64,000 bases of DNA from assembly GCA_043801585.1 (NCBI GenBank), contig JAZDLX010000115.1:32001-96000 (forward strand), given 5' to 3'. A program made the translations under genes and the position numbers. Source of the stretch: a bacterium. Lineage in GTDB: Bacteria; Electryoneota; Electryoneia; Electryoneales; Electryoneaceae. Shown here piece by piece: positions 9,692 to 19,727 of the stretch. Each line of letters opens with the position of its first letter. Position 1 is the first letter of the stretch. The notes below the pieces were generated by a model. That model had not been told where the DNA came from. It worked only from the letters and a program-made list of their open reading frames with translations, and did not search any database.

Positions 9692-11131
9692 TTACTTCTT
9701 CGGCTTTTTCGGAAGCACGTGAGTCGGTTCCCCGGCGGCGACTTCCGCAGCCTCCATGATCGACTCGGACATGGTGGGGTGTGGATGGATGGTGTTCACC
9801 AGGTCCTCGAGGGTGGCGCCCATCTCAATCGCGAGCGTGCCCTCGGCAATCAATTCGGACGCTGAGGGACCAACGATCCCGATACCGAGAATCAACCTTG
9901 TTTCGGGATCGGACATCACCTTGACAAACCCTTCCGTGCGGCCAAGGCTGCGGGCACGGCCCAGCGCCGTAAGCGGGAATCGGCCGATAGTGATTTCCAC
10001 TCCTTTCTCCTTCGCTTCACGCTCCGTGATGCCTGTCCAGGCGATTTCCGGGTCGGTGAAAACGACAGCAGGAATAGCGCGATTGTCGAATGCGGAGGGG
10101 TGTTTGGCGATCACCTCAGCGGCTACTTTGCCTTCCCGGCTCGCCTTGTGCGCCAGTGCGGGACCCGGTGTGACATCTCCGACGGCAAAGATGTGATCGA
10201 CGGTCGTGCGCTGCTCTTCATTGACCTCGATCAATCCCCGCTCATTGACCTTCACACCCGTGTGTTCAAGACCGATGTTGTCCGTGTTGGGGCGGCGTCC
10301 AATGGCGACGAGAACCCGGCTGAACGTCTTGGTCATCGTCTTGCCCTCGTGCTCGATATCGACGTCATAACCGTCGCCCTTGGCTTTGCGAACGCCAATG
10401 ACCTTGGAGCCGGTGAGGATTTCCTCGAACTTCGATTCACAGTGTTTGACGACGACGCGAACGAGATCCTCATCCGCACCCGCAAGCAAACGTGGCAGGA
10501 ACTCAACCATTGTCACCTTCGATCCGAGTCCGGCGTATACCAATCCCAGCTCCATGCCGATGTAGCCGCCGCCAACCACGAGCAGCGACTCCGGGATCTC
10601 CGGGAGATTCACTGCTTCCATCGACGTCCAGAGATTCAGGTCTTTGTCGTAGTCGCCGGGCAATTCGTTGATCCGTGACCCCGTGGCGATGATCGCGTAT
10701 TTGAATTCGATATTGCCGGCGCCCTCGATGTGCAACTTGTTGTTGTCGGTGAAATTCGCCCGGCCGTGCACGATGTCCACGCCGCGTTTTGTCAGGAGGG
10801 TGTCGACTCCGCTGGTCAGATTATCGACGACACCCTGGGTCCAGTTGCGGAGTTTGTCGATGTCGATTTTGATTTCGCCTGTGTGGGAAATACCGATTTC
10901 TTCGCCATAACGGGCGGCATCCACTACCTCGACCGCGTGAATCAACGTTTTGGAGGGAATACACCCCTCGATCAGGCAGACCCCGCCGAGCTTGTCACGT
11001 TCTTCGACGATGGTCACGTCGAATCCGAGGTCAGCGGCGCGAATCGCGGCGACATAGCCTCCCGGTCCGCCGCCGATGACGACAACATCCGTTTCCTGAG
11101 TCAATTCCCCGATAACCATGTATGCCTCCAA
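9692..11131 (-). CDS. lpdA: Dihydrolipoyl dehydrogenase (E3)
   Basis: GGGPGGY, GGVCLIEGCIPSK, HPHPTMSE; true start may be 11119. Confidence 0.97.
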   Translation of the reverse strand: MEAYMVIGELTQETDVVVIGGGPGGYVAAIRAADLGFDVTIVEERDKLGGVCLIEGCIPSKTLIHAVEVVDAARYGEEIGISHTGEIKIDIDKLRNWTQGVVDNLTSGVDTLLTKRGVDIVHGRANFTDNNKLHIEGAGNIEFKYAIIATGSRINELPGDYDKDLNLWTSMEAVNLPEIPESLLVVGGGYIGMELGLVYAGLGSKVTMVEFLPRLLAGADEDLVRVVVKHCESKFEEILTGSKVIGVRKAKGDGYDVDIEHEGKTMTKTFSRVLVAIGRRPNTDNIGLEHTGVKVNERGLIEVNEEQRTTVDHIFAVGDVTPGPALAHKASREGKVAAEVIAKHPSAFDNRAIPAVVFTDPEIAWTGITEREAKEKGVEITIGRFPLTALGRARSLGRTEGFVKVMSDPETRLILGIGIVGPSASELIAEGTLAIEMGATLEDLVNTIHPHPTMSESIMEAAEVAAGEPTHVLPKKPKK

Positions 11132-11172
11132 AGGCGTGCCGTCATCCGGGGGAGGAGGACGGCTGCCCGGGT

Positions 11173-12558
11173 TTACAATTCAAGCAGCAACTGGCGCGGA
11201 TCGCTGAGCAGGCGTGTCAGGTCGGTCACGAAATGTGCGGCCTGAGCTCCGTCCGCGACACGGTGGTCAAACGCCAGCGTCAGCGGGAGCATCTTCCGGA
11301 TCACGATTTCTCCTTCACGAACCACAGGCTTTTCCTGAGTCTTGCCCATGCCGAGAATTGCCACTTCAGGATAGTTGATCGTGGGGATCAGGCCGGTGCC
11401 GCCGATGGGACCGACGTTGGTGATCGTGAATGTCCCGTGCTGCATGTCCCCGATTTCGATCATCCCCTCGCGTCCCTTTGTCGCCAGGTTCACGATGTCA
11501 GCAGAGATGTCGAGGATGCTTTTCTTGTCCGTTCCCTTGACAACGGGAACGATCAAACCGCGCGGCGTATCCGCGGCGAAACCGAGGTTGTAGAACTTCT
11601 TGTAGACGATTTCCTCGCGGAACGGATCGAGGCTGGCATTGAACATCGGGTATTTTTTCAGCAATACGGTGACCGCCTTCATCACGAAGGGGAGCAACGT
11701 CAGCTTGCCACCCGGCTGATCCTTGCGGCGCTCACGCTCCTTGACACGGAAAGCCTCGAAATCGGTGACGTCCGCCTCGTCCATGTGGGCGACGTGGGGA
11801 ACAGTGACCATTGATGTGGTCATCCGGAACGCGACCTTCCTGCGGATCGAGCGGACGGGTTCGCGCTCCACCTCGCCGAGTGCCTCGAAATTCGGCATCG
11901 GTTCAAGCTGGTAGTAGGGAATGCCGCTTCCGCTGCCGGAGATCGCCGGTTGGCCGCTGCCGGGTTCCTCGGCGGAAACAGCACCGGCATGAGCTGAAAC
12001 TGCGGTGCGAACCGGTGCACCGCCCGAGGCGAACGCTTCGACGTCGCCTTTTGTCACACGGCCGGATGGTCCCGATCCCTGGATCTGATGGATGTCGACG
12101 CCAAGCTCGCGCGAGAGACGGCGGACGGCCGGTGCTGCGGCGACTTTCCCGAGAGGGGTTCCATCAGAACGTTCCGAGGTGGCTGAAACCTGTTGTACAG
12201 ATACCGCCTCCGCCTTGGCAATGGTCTCCGCTTTTGCCGCAGGTGCGGATTCAGCCTTGGCTTTCGCTTTCGGCGCTTCGTGTTTCTCCTCAGCCTTTGC
12301 GCTGGCGGGAAGCTCACCGCCGGTGCCGTCGTCGATGACGATAACAACCTCGCCGACGTGCAGCGTGTCGCCAACCTTGCCGTTGAGCTTCACGACCTTC
12401 CCGCCCTTCGGGGAGGGTATCGTCACCGCCGCCTTGTCCGTCTCGACATCCATCAGGTCGGCGTCTTCTTCAATGATATCGCCCTCCTTGACGTGCCACT
12501 CAAGAAGTTCGCCCTCATGAATGCCTTCGCCGAGATCGGGCAGTTTGAATTCAAACAC
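11173..12558 (-). CDS. Dihydrolipoamide acyltransferase (E2), one lipoyl domain
   Basis: VETDKAAV lipoyl-lysine, PSBD (GSGPSGRVTKGDV), FDHRVADG. Confidence 0.96.
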   Translation of the reverse strand: MFEFKLPDLGEGIHEGELLEWHVKEGDIIEEDADLMDVETDKAAVTIPSPKGGKVVKLNGKVGDTLHVGEVVIVIDDGTGGELPASAKAEEKHEAPKAKAKAESAPAAKAETIAKAEAVSVQQVSATSERSDGTPLGKVAAAPAVRRLSRELGVDIHQIQGSGPSGRVTKGDVEAFASGGAPVRTAVSAHAGAVSAEEPGSGQPAISGSGSGIPYYQLEPMPNFEALGEVEREPVRSIRRKVAFRMTTSMVTVPHVAHMDEADVTDFEAFRVKERERRKDQPGGKLTLLPFVMKAVTVLLKKYPMFNASLDPFREEIVYKKFYNLGFAADTPRGLIVPVVKGTDKKSILDISADIVNLATKGREGMIEIGDMQHGTFTITNVGPIGGTGLIPTINYPEVAILGMGKTQEKPVVREGEIVIRKMLPLTLAFDHRVADGAQAAHFVTDLTRLLSDPRQLLLEL

Positions 12559-12567
12559 GGTCGCCTC

Positions 12568-13548
12568 CTAGAAGTCGAGGGTTTCCTCGATGGCCCGGCG
12601 GATGCGCCCCACACTCGGGAGATAGTAATTCTCCCGGGAAAAGTAGGGCATGATCAGGTCGTATCCCGTGACACGCTTGACCGGCGCTTCAAGGTACATC
12701 AGTGCCTTGTCGTTGATGATCGAAATGATCTCCGAGGCAGGACCGAGAGTCTTCTGCGCCTCCTGCACTATGACGCAACGTCCCGTCTTGGTGACGGATT
12801 TTGCAATAGCTTCGCCATCCATGGGATAAATCGTCTGCAGGTCGATCAGTTCGATTCCGGTGTGTCCCTGCTCGGTCATCTCCTCGACGATCTTCTGGGT
12901 TTTGTGTAGCATGGCGCCCCAGGCGATCACGGTGATGTCATTGCCTTCGGTAACGATGCGAGCCTTGCCGAGTTCCATCGCCTCGCCGTTGTCGTTGATC
13001 TCCTCCTTGAAAGCGCGGTAGCTGTGTTTCGGCTCCATGAAGACCACTGGGTCGGGATCACGGATCGCGCCGAGCAGCAACCCGTAGGCTGTCGCCGGAG
13101 TGGAGGGGATCACGGTTTTCATCCCCGTTGTGTGAGCGTAATAGGTCTCCTTGGACTCGCTGTGGTGCTCCAGGGCGCGAACGCCGCCGCCGTAGGGCAT
13201 CCGCAGCACCAGCGGCACGGTATGCTGTCCACGGGAACGTGTGCGCATCCGTGCGCCGTTCCCTTCAAGCTGTGGGATCATCAGGTAGCTGAAACCCGAG
13301 AACTGTGCTTCGGCCACAGGTTTCAGGCCGTTGATCGCCATCCCGATCGCGGTGCCGATAATCGCGGATTCCGCCAGCGGGGTATCAATCGCCCGTTGCG
13401 GGCCGAATTTGTCGATAAGGCCGTCGGTGGCGCGGAAAACACCACCGTTGACACCGACATCCTCGCCGAGTACCAGAACGGAGCTGTCGCGTTCCATTTC
13501 CTGGTGCAGGGCGAGATTGATCGCCTGAACCATCGTGAGCTTAGGCAT
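12568..13548 (-). CDS. 2-oxoacid (pyruvate/branched-chain) dehydrogenase E1 beta
   Basis: LGEDVGVNGGVFRAT, DTPLAES, EHHSES; ATG at 13548. Confidence 0.96.
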   Translation of the reverse strand: MPKLTMVQAINLALHQEMERDSSVLVLGEDVGVNGGVFRATDGLIDKFGPQRAIDTPLAESAIIGTAIGMAINGLKPVAEAQFSGFSYLMIPQLEGNGARMRTRSRGQHTVPLVLRMPYGGGVRALEHHSESKETYYAHTTGMKTVIPSTPATAYGLLLGAIRDPDPVVFMEPKHSYRAFKEEINDNGEAMELGKARIVTEGNDITVIAWGAMLHKTQKIVEEMTEQGHTGIELIDLQTIYPMDGEAIAKSVTKTGRCVIVQEAQKTLGPASEIISIINDKALMYLEAPVKRVTGYDLIMPYFSRENYYLPSVGRIRRAIEETLDF

Positions 13549-14629
13549 TGTTCTGATCCTTCTGTAGGTCTGCGAGGAATTCCTGGTGCTGCTCGACGAG
13601 CGGCGCCACCTCTGTGCCAAACGTTGTCTCGAACGGCTCATCGAGTCTGAAATCGGTGTAGGATTCAAACTGCGTCACCGCCTCGTCGATCTCCGCCTTG
13701 AGTTCTTCCTCGAGCTTCACGTTCTTTTTGTCGTCCCAGAGCTTTTTCTTCTCGAGATAGAGCTTGAAACGGGTGATCGGATCGCGCTTCACCCACTCCT
13801 CGACCTCTTCCTGGGAACGGTATTTCTTCGGATCGTCGGCGGTGGTGTGCATCAGCATCCGGTAGGTGTTCGCCTCGATCAGCGAGGGGCCTTCGCCCTT
13901 GCGCGCCCGGTCGAGGGCTTCCTTCGTCGCCCTGTAGACAGCGAGAGCGTCATTGCCGTCCACCTGGATGCCGGGGATGCCGTAGGCGATCGACCGCTGG
14001 GCGAGGGTCTCGATTGCCATCTGTTTGTTCAATGGTGTCGAGATCGCCCAATGGTTGTTCTGGTTCAGGAACACGACCGGCGCTTTCCACACGGCGGCGA
14101 AGTTGACCGCTTCGTGAATGTCGCCCTGGGAAGAGGCCCCGTCACCGTAGAAGGTCAGCACCGCGTTTTTCGTTCCCTTGACCTTTTCGGCGTAGGCAAT
14201 CCCCACGGCGTGGGGGACCTGCGAGCCGAGGATGATCGCCACGGGGAGAATGCGGCTGTTGTCCTTGACCACGTTACCCTCTTCGAATCCCGCGTAGACG
14301 AGCATCGGGTTCAGGGGCTTTTCTCCGCGCATCAAACGACCGGCGAGTTCACGGTAGGCCGTCACCATCCAGTCGTCTTTTTCGAGGGCAAGCGCCGAAG
14401 CTGCGGAAACCGCTTCCTGCCCGACACAAACCGGGAGGGTTCCGAGTCGTCCCTGCCGTTGAAGCTTGAGCATCCGCTCATCCGTGCGGCGGGCGAGAAG
14501 CATGATTCGGTACAACTTCAACAAATCATCCTTTGAAAGCTTCGGATCGAGCTTCTCATCAACATTGCCGTCCTCGTCGAGGACCTGCATGTACGAGATG
14601 CTGAATTTCTGGATCACTTTCGTGGGCAT
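13541..14629 (-). CDS. 2-oxoacid dehydrogenase E1 alpha
   Basis: LQRQGR, GDGASSQGD...NQNN TPP motif, HTTADDP; start 14629 or 14635. Confidence 0.96.
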   Translation of the reverse strand: MPTKVIQKFSISYMQVLDEDGNVDEKLDPKLSKDDLLKLYRIMLLARRTDERMLKLQRQGRLGTLPVCVGQEAVSAASALALEKDDWMVTAYRELAGRLMRGEKPLNPMLVYAGFEEGNVVKDNSRILPVAIILGSQVPHAVGIAYAEKVKGTKNAVLTFYGDGASSQGDIHEAVNFAAVWKAPVVFLNQNNHWAISTPLNKQMAIETLAQRSIAYGIPGIQVDGNDALAVYRATKEALDRARKGEGPSLIEANTYRMLMHTTADDPKKYRSQEEVEEWVKRDPITRFKLYLEKKKLWDDKKNVKLEEELKAEIDEAVTQFESYTDFRLDEPFETTFGTEVAPLVEQHQEFLADLQKDQNNA

Positions 14630-14723
14630 GATCATTCCCTTTTGTCTTTCGGACTCATCGAAGTTGGTCACGTCAATGCAGCCGGACCTCATGAGTTCCC
14701 GGATTCGTATAAAATTCGATAAA

Positions 14724-14753
14724 AAGATAGCCGTACCTAACGGAGCGCGTCAA
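14724..14753 (-). promoter_or_regulatory. Putative sigma70 promoter of dehydrogenase operon
   Basis: TTGACG-N18-TATCTT on minus strand. Confidence 0.4.
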
Positions 14754-15100
14754 CGAAACCCAATCCGGCAGGGAGCATGGCGTTGAAGTGATGAAAACAC
14801 CCGTCTCAGGGGTGAAAACAACAATGGAAACATTGTAATATGTCGCATCAGAGAGGGGAAAAATGATCGCTATCTGTCTGATATATAAGATGATATATAC
14901 TCACTTTGAACTCCCGGGGAAGGCGAGTGTGGGGAGGAAGGAACGTTCAGCAAACCGGTGGCGAATCCTTTGAATCGGCCTGAACAAGACTCCTTTTGTG
15001 AACTGAAACCGGGGCTACCTGGATGTGTGCTACTGAAAGTAAGGAAGGTATAACGTCATATAATACGATAACGTATTAACTCTGGATGAACGGCACATCC

Positions 15101-15295
15101 TCACGATTCTTTTCGGAACATGGCTTTTACCACACCGCAGATGGGACAACTCCAGGTGTCAGGAATTTCTTCAAAAGGGGTTCCGGGCTCGACATCGCCC
15201 TCAAGATCGCCCAACGATGGCACATACACATAGCCACAAACGACACAACGGTACCTCGCCTCCCCCGCCTGTTCGGGCACTTTCACCATGATCAC
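15101..15295 (-). CDS. Rubredoxin
   Basis: [10 protein letters not shown]...[18 protein letters not shown]. Confidence 0.93.
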   Translation of the reverse strand: MIMVKVPEQAGEARYRCVVCGYVYVPSLGDLEGDVEPGTPFEEIPDTWSCPICGVVKAMFRKES

Positions 15296-15372
15296 TCCTC
15301 ACTGACTGTTTCTATGAAAGATAAGGAATGAATCGTGATCCAATGAAGAACGAAAAGCAGACAAAGAAAGGT

Positions 15373-16695
15373 TCATTCGTCAGACAGATGGTGCAGCAGA
15401 TAGCGGAAAGGAGGAGTCAGTTGCCCCTGATGAGCGATCACCGAAAGACGAAACGCAGGAGGCAATTCGAGTTTGTCGAAAGGCTGTGAAAAATCGACTT
15501 CTGCCAGGGCAGGAAGAAGGGGTTTCAGCATCGCTCCGAAGTGAACGGAGGATGTCTCAGGGATTTCGCTGGGCAGGATGTCCACCGTCATCATCAGTAA
15601 ACCTTCGCCCTCAAATCCATCCCGGATCTGTCCGGTTTCCGGAAGGTAGACGTAGACGGGATTGTCCGGGAGTGTGGCTTTGACAGTAGTCTCAACACTC
15701 CCGCCGACATCGCAGGTGATATCGCCAATGACCAGGAGTTTCGGATCATCATCAGTGTAAAGCCGTTTTGCATCGTCAAGGGTGACGAGTTTCGGGAACC
15801 GTTCGTCCCAGTAGATACCATTGACCATCACTGTGAGGCTCGGCAGGTACCGCGAAAAATTGGACCGGTAACGTTCGGGATGCTGGGTATACTCGTCGAA
15901 ATCAAATCCATCACCGCCATCGATTCGCTCCAGGAAATACTCCATGTTGAAATACACCACATAAACCTCGTGGCCGCTTAGCCCGGCGAGAGCTTCTCCG
16001 TCCTGTAGCTGCTCGATGGTCAATTCCACAGGGTTCATCACGTCGAGAACATCACGCGCTCCGCCGGCCACACGTCCTTCGCCGGTAATCCCGATGATCA
16101 AGGGGGAAACCGCCGCGGGGAGCCCCTGCTTATGGATTTGATCGCCCACGCGATGCATGGCTTCCTTCGCCTCGGCAAGACCCCCCTGATAGCGGATCGA
16201 CTGTTCAAGCGTAGTAAGCGGAGAATCGATGCCTTTCGCGAGCAATCGTTGCCCAAGCGCCCAAAGGCTGTTGATCGTTCCAGCCTGTCCGGCCTGGTAG
16301 GAAAAGGCAATCAGCCGGAGGCCATCCTCATCCGTCACCAGTTCGTAATCCAACAGCGTGACGTTTTTCATGAGAACACTTGCCAGCAGCGGCATGTTGT
16401 AGGGTTGGCCCTTGGCCGTGTGTGAAAAGAAAAGATGCGGTTTGCCATCGATCAACCGCTCGACAGGTACTTCCTTGATCCCGACGATCAGGTCGCAATC
16501 GCTGAGGTCGTCGGTGAGGGTCGCTCCGGCCTCGCGGTAGGCGCTGTCGGGGAAAATGCGCGTGTCCGAAGGTTCGATCGACACTTGAATGCGATGATCC
16601 CTGACCAGCTCCGCGACGTCGTTCGGTGTCAACGGTGCCCTGCGTTCCAGTTCAGATTTGTCTTCCCGGCGAATGCCGATGTGTTTACCCGTCAT
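15373..16695 (-). CDS. Lysine-ketoglutarate reductase / saccharopine dehydrogenase-like (AlaDh/PNT fold)
   Basis: GIRREDK..ERRAPLTP, FFSHTAKGQPYNMPLL, DYEL, NGIYW, DITCDVGGS, VDILPSEIP. Confidence 0.88.
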   Translation of the reverse strand: MTGKHIGIRREDKSELERRAPLTPNDVAELVRDHRIQVSIEPSDTRIFPDSAYREAGATLTDDLSDCDLIVGIKEVPVERLIDGKPHLFFSHTAKGQPYNMPLLASVLMKNVTLLDYELVTDEDGLRLIAFSYQAGQAGTINSLWALGQRLLAKGIDSPLTTLEQSIRYQGGLAEAKEAMHRVGDQIHKQGLPAAVSPLIIGITGEGRVAGGARDVLDVMNPVELTIEQLQDGEALAGLSGHEVYVVYFNMEYFLERIDGGDGFDFDEYTQHPERYRSNFSRYLPSLTVMVNGIYWDERFPKLVTLDDAKRLYTDDDPKLLVIGDITCDVGGSVETTVKATLPDNPVYVYLPETGQIRDGFEGEGLLMMTVDILPSEIPETSSVHFGAMLKPLLPALAEVDFSQPFDKLELPPAFRLSVIAHQGQLTPPFRYLLHHLSDE

Positions 16696-16746
16696 CTTTC
16701 CTCTCCAGGACTTCGTGCCGGAAGGGTAGGGTCCGAATGACCTCAG

Positions 16747-16779
16747 AACAAGAGAACCCCGGAAACCTGCTCCCGGGGT
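16747..16779 (-). terminator. Possible terminator after Trx-NHL gene
   Basis: ACCCCGG/CCGGGGT stem followed by T-rich tail on minus strand. Confidence 0.4.
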
Positions 16780-16803
16780 CCGGATGAGACATCGAACGGG
16801 ATG

Positions 16804-18849
16804 TCAGTGGCCGGGGACGTTTGCCTGCAACGCTACCGTCGCAGTGTTTTCGCTGCCCTCGGCCATTTCAATCGGCAATCGAACGGATGCACTGCCAAGG
16901 TAACAGAGCCCCTCGTTGTCTTTCCGGCAGAAGAAATACTCCGCCTGCAAGGTGATCGAACCATCACCGCTGATTTGCACCGGAATGTTCACCGGAAGCG
17001 ACTTGGCGGTAACGAGTTCCTGTACGCTGGAGACACCGCCCGAAGTACCTGCAATCGTCACTCGAGCCCCGCCCTCCGCGTTGAGTTTGAATCCCTCGGG
17101 GAAGCTGACGTCAAAGGTGATGGAAACGGGTCCGCCGGCGAGTCTGGCGACGTTCAATTCCGTAGCGTGATCGGATTCCGCCTCGGCGGGTGTAGCCGGC
17201 ATCATGGAATCCAATCCCTTCAACGCCAGCGTGATGACCGTTCCTTTCGCGGGGTCGATCACACGGATCAAATTGTTGTTTGTATCCGCGACATAGACCG
17301 TGCCGTCGTCGGCGACATCCAGGCCGCCCGGCTCGTCGAACGTGGCCTCCAGCAGGAGACCGTCCTCATGACCCTCATTCCCGGTGCCCGCGAACGTCTC
17401 GGCGCTGTACTCCTCCGGGATCACTTTCTTGATCTTGTTGTTGTACGTGTCGGCGACATAGAGCACGCCATCGTGCCATGCCACTCCGAGCGGGTGCTGC
17501 AGCCGGGCTTTCATTCTTCCGCCATCGACGTCGCCGAAATCGAACAATCCCTGTCCGACGATACTCATCACCCCGCCGTTCGGGTCAAGCTCGATGGAGC
17601 GGATGGCGGACACCTCACTGTCAGCGGTAAACAGCCTCTTTTTACCGTCCGTCGTAATGCCGGATGGTTGCGCCATAGCCGCCAGCAACCGTGGACCGTC
17701 CACGATGTCCTCGCGTCCCGATCCCGCCCAAAGTCCAACTTCCTTGTTCCGAGGATCGTAGTACCAGACCTGGTGAGAGCCCGCCATGGCGATGTAGAGT
17801 ATCTCGCCGACAGTGACGAGGTCCCAGGGACTTGTCAGGCGGGTTTCCAGAGCCGGAGTGGCGCCGCCGCCATACCCGCCCTGTTGCCCTGTCCCGGCGA
17901 CACGAGTCACTGTTTTCCTTTTCAGATCAGCCGCACGCAGAGAGTGATTCTGGGTGTCCGCGATGTAGAGAAGATCACCGACGAGTTCCAGTCCCTGGGG
18001 GGAGTTGAACGTCGCCTCCGAAAAGATCCCGTCCGTCATCCCGCGTTCGCCGTTTCCGATCACGTCGATCACCTCCGCCGTGGATCGGTTGACCACCAGC
18101 ACACGGTTGTGGCCGGAATCGCCGATGAAGAGGCGGTTTCCCTTTTCGTCCACACGGATCTTGCCGGGAAACTCAAGAAGCGAGAGGGGCGCGGAATCCC
18201 TTTCCAGTTTCAAAGCGAGAGATGTCGTGTCGAGCTTGCCCCGTTGGGCGAACGTCCTCGCAATCTGTCCGATCAGTGGATCGAACGTTTCCGGTGCGCC
18301 CTCTCCGGACTGCGCCGCCGCGATATATCCTTCGGGATCGATCAACACCATCGTCGGCCACGCATGGACGTTGTAGGAACGCCAGACGACAAACTCTTTA
18401 TCGTTGACGACAGGGTGCTCGATCCCGTAACGGAGGATCGCCTCGCGGATATTTTTCGTATCCCCTTCGTTCTCGAACTTCGCCGAATGCACTCCGACCA
18501 CGGCAAGACTGTCGCCGTATTTCTGTTCGAGGTCATGTAGTTTCGGCAGAACGTGCATGCAGTTGATGCAGCAGTAGGTCCAGAAATCGAGAACCACAAC
18601 CTTTCCCCGTAGTTGGGCAAGGGATAGAGGTTGCGATGTATTCAGCCAGTCCATGCCGTGGGGAAACTCAGGCGCACGAGCATCCTGTTTGTAGGGTAGC
18701 GTCATCGAAGGTGTATCTCCCGCTGTGACTGGGGACAGGGCGACGGATGCAAGCAGCATCCCAATTGCCAGCATCACACGAACATGAGTCGGGCGACGCG
18801 GTTTTCTTATTGAATTGCAGCGGATGATCGGCGGTCTGTCCGGATTCAT
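16804..18849 (-). CDS. Exported thioredoxin-like + NHL-repeat protein (NHLRC2/SOQ1-like)
   Basis: DFWTYCCINCMH, GVHSAKF, repeated NHL units (YIADTQNH, QHPLGV, FDEPGG); hydrophobic signal-like segment; start uncertain. Confidence 0.9.
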   Translation of the reverse strand: MNPDRPPIIRCNSIRKPRRPTHVRVMLAIGMLLASVALSPVTAGDTPSMTLPYKQDARAPEFPHGMDWLNTSQPLSLAQLRGKVVVLDFWTYCCINCMHVLPKLHDLEQKYGDSLAVVGVHSAKFENEGDTKNIREAILRYGIEHPVVNDKEFVVWRSYNVHAWPTMVLIDPEGYIAAAQSGEGAPETFDPLIGQIARTFAQRGKLDTTSLALKLERDSAPLSLLEFPGKIRVDEKGNRLFIGDSGHNRVLVVNRSTAEVIDVIGNGERGMTDGIFSEATFNSPQGLELVGDLLYIADTQNHSLRAADLKRKTVTRVAGTGQQGGYGGGATPALETRLTSPWDLVTVGEILYIAMAGSHQVWYYDPRNKEVGLWAGSGREDIVDGPRLLAAMAQPSGITTDGKKRLFTADSEVSAIRSIELDPNGGVMSIVGQGLFDFGDVDGGRMKARLQHPLGVAWHDGVLYVADTYNNKIKKVIPEEYSAETFAGTGNEGHEDGLLLEATFDEPGGLDVADDGTVYVADTNNNLIRVIDPAKGTVITLALKGLDSMMPATPAEAESDHATELNVARLAGGPVSITFDVSFPEGFKLNAEGGARVTIAGTSGGVSSVQELVTAKSLPVNIPVQISGDGSITLQAEYFFCRKDNEGLCYLGSASVRLPIEMAEGSENTATVALQANVPGH

Positions 18850-19112
18850 GCATCCTCCCGTTGAGGCATCTGAAGAGTACACTGGACGCAAGGTGGAGCG
18901 GAGCAGGGGAAATGGTTGAACGCTAAGCTCCTGGAGTTCAGATCACCGAACAATTGGAGACACAATAGGACCACGTGCATGAAATAGTAACAAGCGATGA
19001 AACGTCGTCCTGTAGTTCGAAGGTTGACCATCGGCGTCGGACGACAGGTTCGGCACAGCACAGCTGTTCAACGGTGAAAGACTATCCTGGCAACCAGTCG
19101 GAGAGGTAAAAC

Positions 19113-19727
19113 ATGAATAGATCACAGGTGATTCCCGTCTTCTCGAAAACAGTACTGATCGCCGCTGTCCTGCTTATATCCACTCAGATGGTCCGTGCAC
19201 AGCTGATGAAGGAGAGTGATATGACGAGCAACATGGACTACCGAGACCTCCCGTTCCAGACGATCACGGGCGACACTGCGACCTTGAACACTTTCCACGG
19301 GAAGGTCATCCTGATCGTGAACACCGCCAGCAAATGCGGGTTTACACCCCAGTACGAGGGGTTGGAAGCGATGTACATGAAATACAAGGATCGCGGTTTC
19401 ACGATCATCGGATTTCCAGCGAACGATTTTCTCGGGCAGGAGCCGGGTTCAAATGAAGAGATCGCGACATTCTGCAAGACGGAATACGGAGTTTCTTTTC
19501 CGATGATGGCAAAAGTCCACGTCAAAGGGGATGAACAGATTCCTCTCTACGAGTACCTCACCGAAAAGTCACCGTTTCCCGGCAAGATCACTTGGAACTT
19601 CAACAAGTTCCTGCTTGACCGGGATGGCAATGTCATCGCGCGATTTGACACACGGACGAAACCCGAGGACGAGAATGTCGTAACCGAAGTGGAGAAAGCC
19701 CTGTCGAGCGGTGAACAGAAGATGTAA
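19113..19727 (+). CDS. Glutathione peroxidase family protein with signal peptide
   Basis: VNTASKCGFTPQY, GFPANDF.GQEPG, WNFNKFL; active residue is Cys (TGC). Confidence 0.95.
   Translation: MNRSQVIPVFSKTVLIAAVLLISTQMVRAQLMKESDMTSNMDYRDLPFQTITGDTATLNTFHGKVILIVNTASKCGFTPQYEGLEAMYMKYKDRGFTIIGFPANDFLGQEPGSNEEIATFCKTEYGVSFPMMAKVHVKGDEQIPLYEYLTEKSPFPGKITWNFNKFLLDRDGNVIARFDTRTKPEDENVVTEVEKALSSGEQKM

Noticed and set aside
15050..15082. dif site
   Set aside because: No convincing XerD arm (TTATGTTAAAT) at the 11-6-11 spacing.
19113..19727. Selenocysteine in the glutathione peroxidase
   Set aside because: Active-site codon is TGC; no in-frame TGA.
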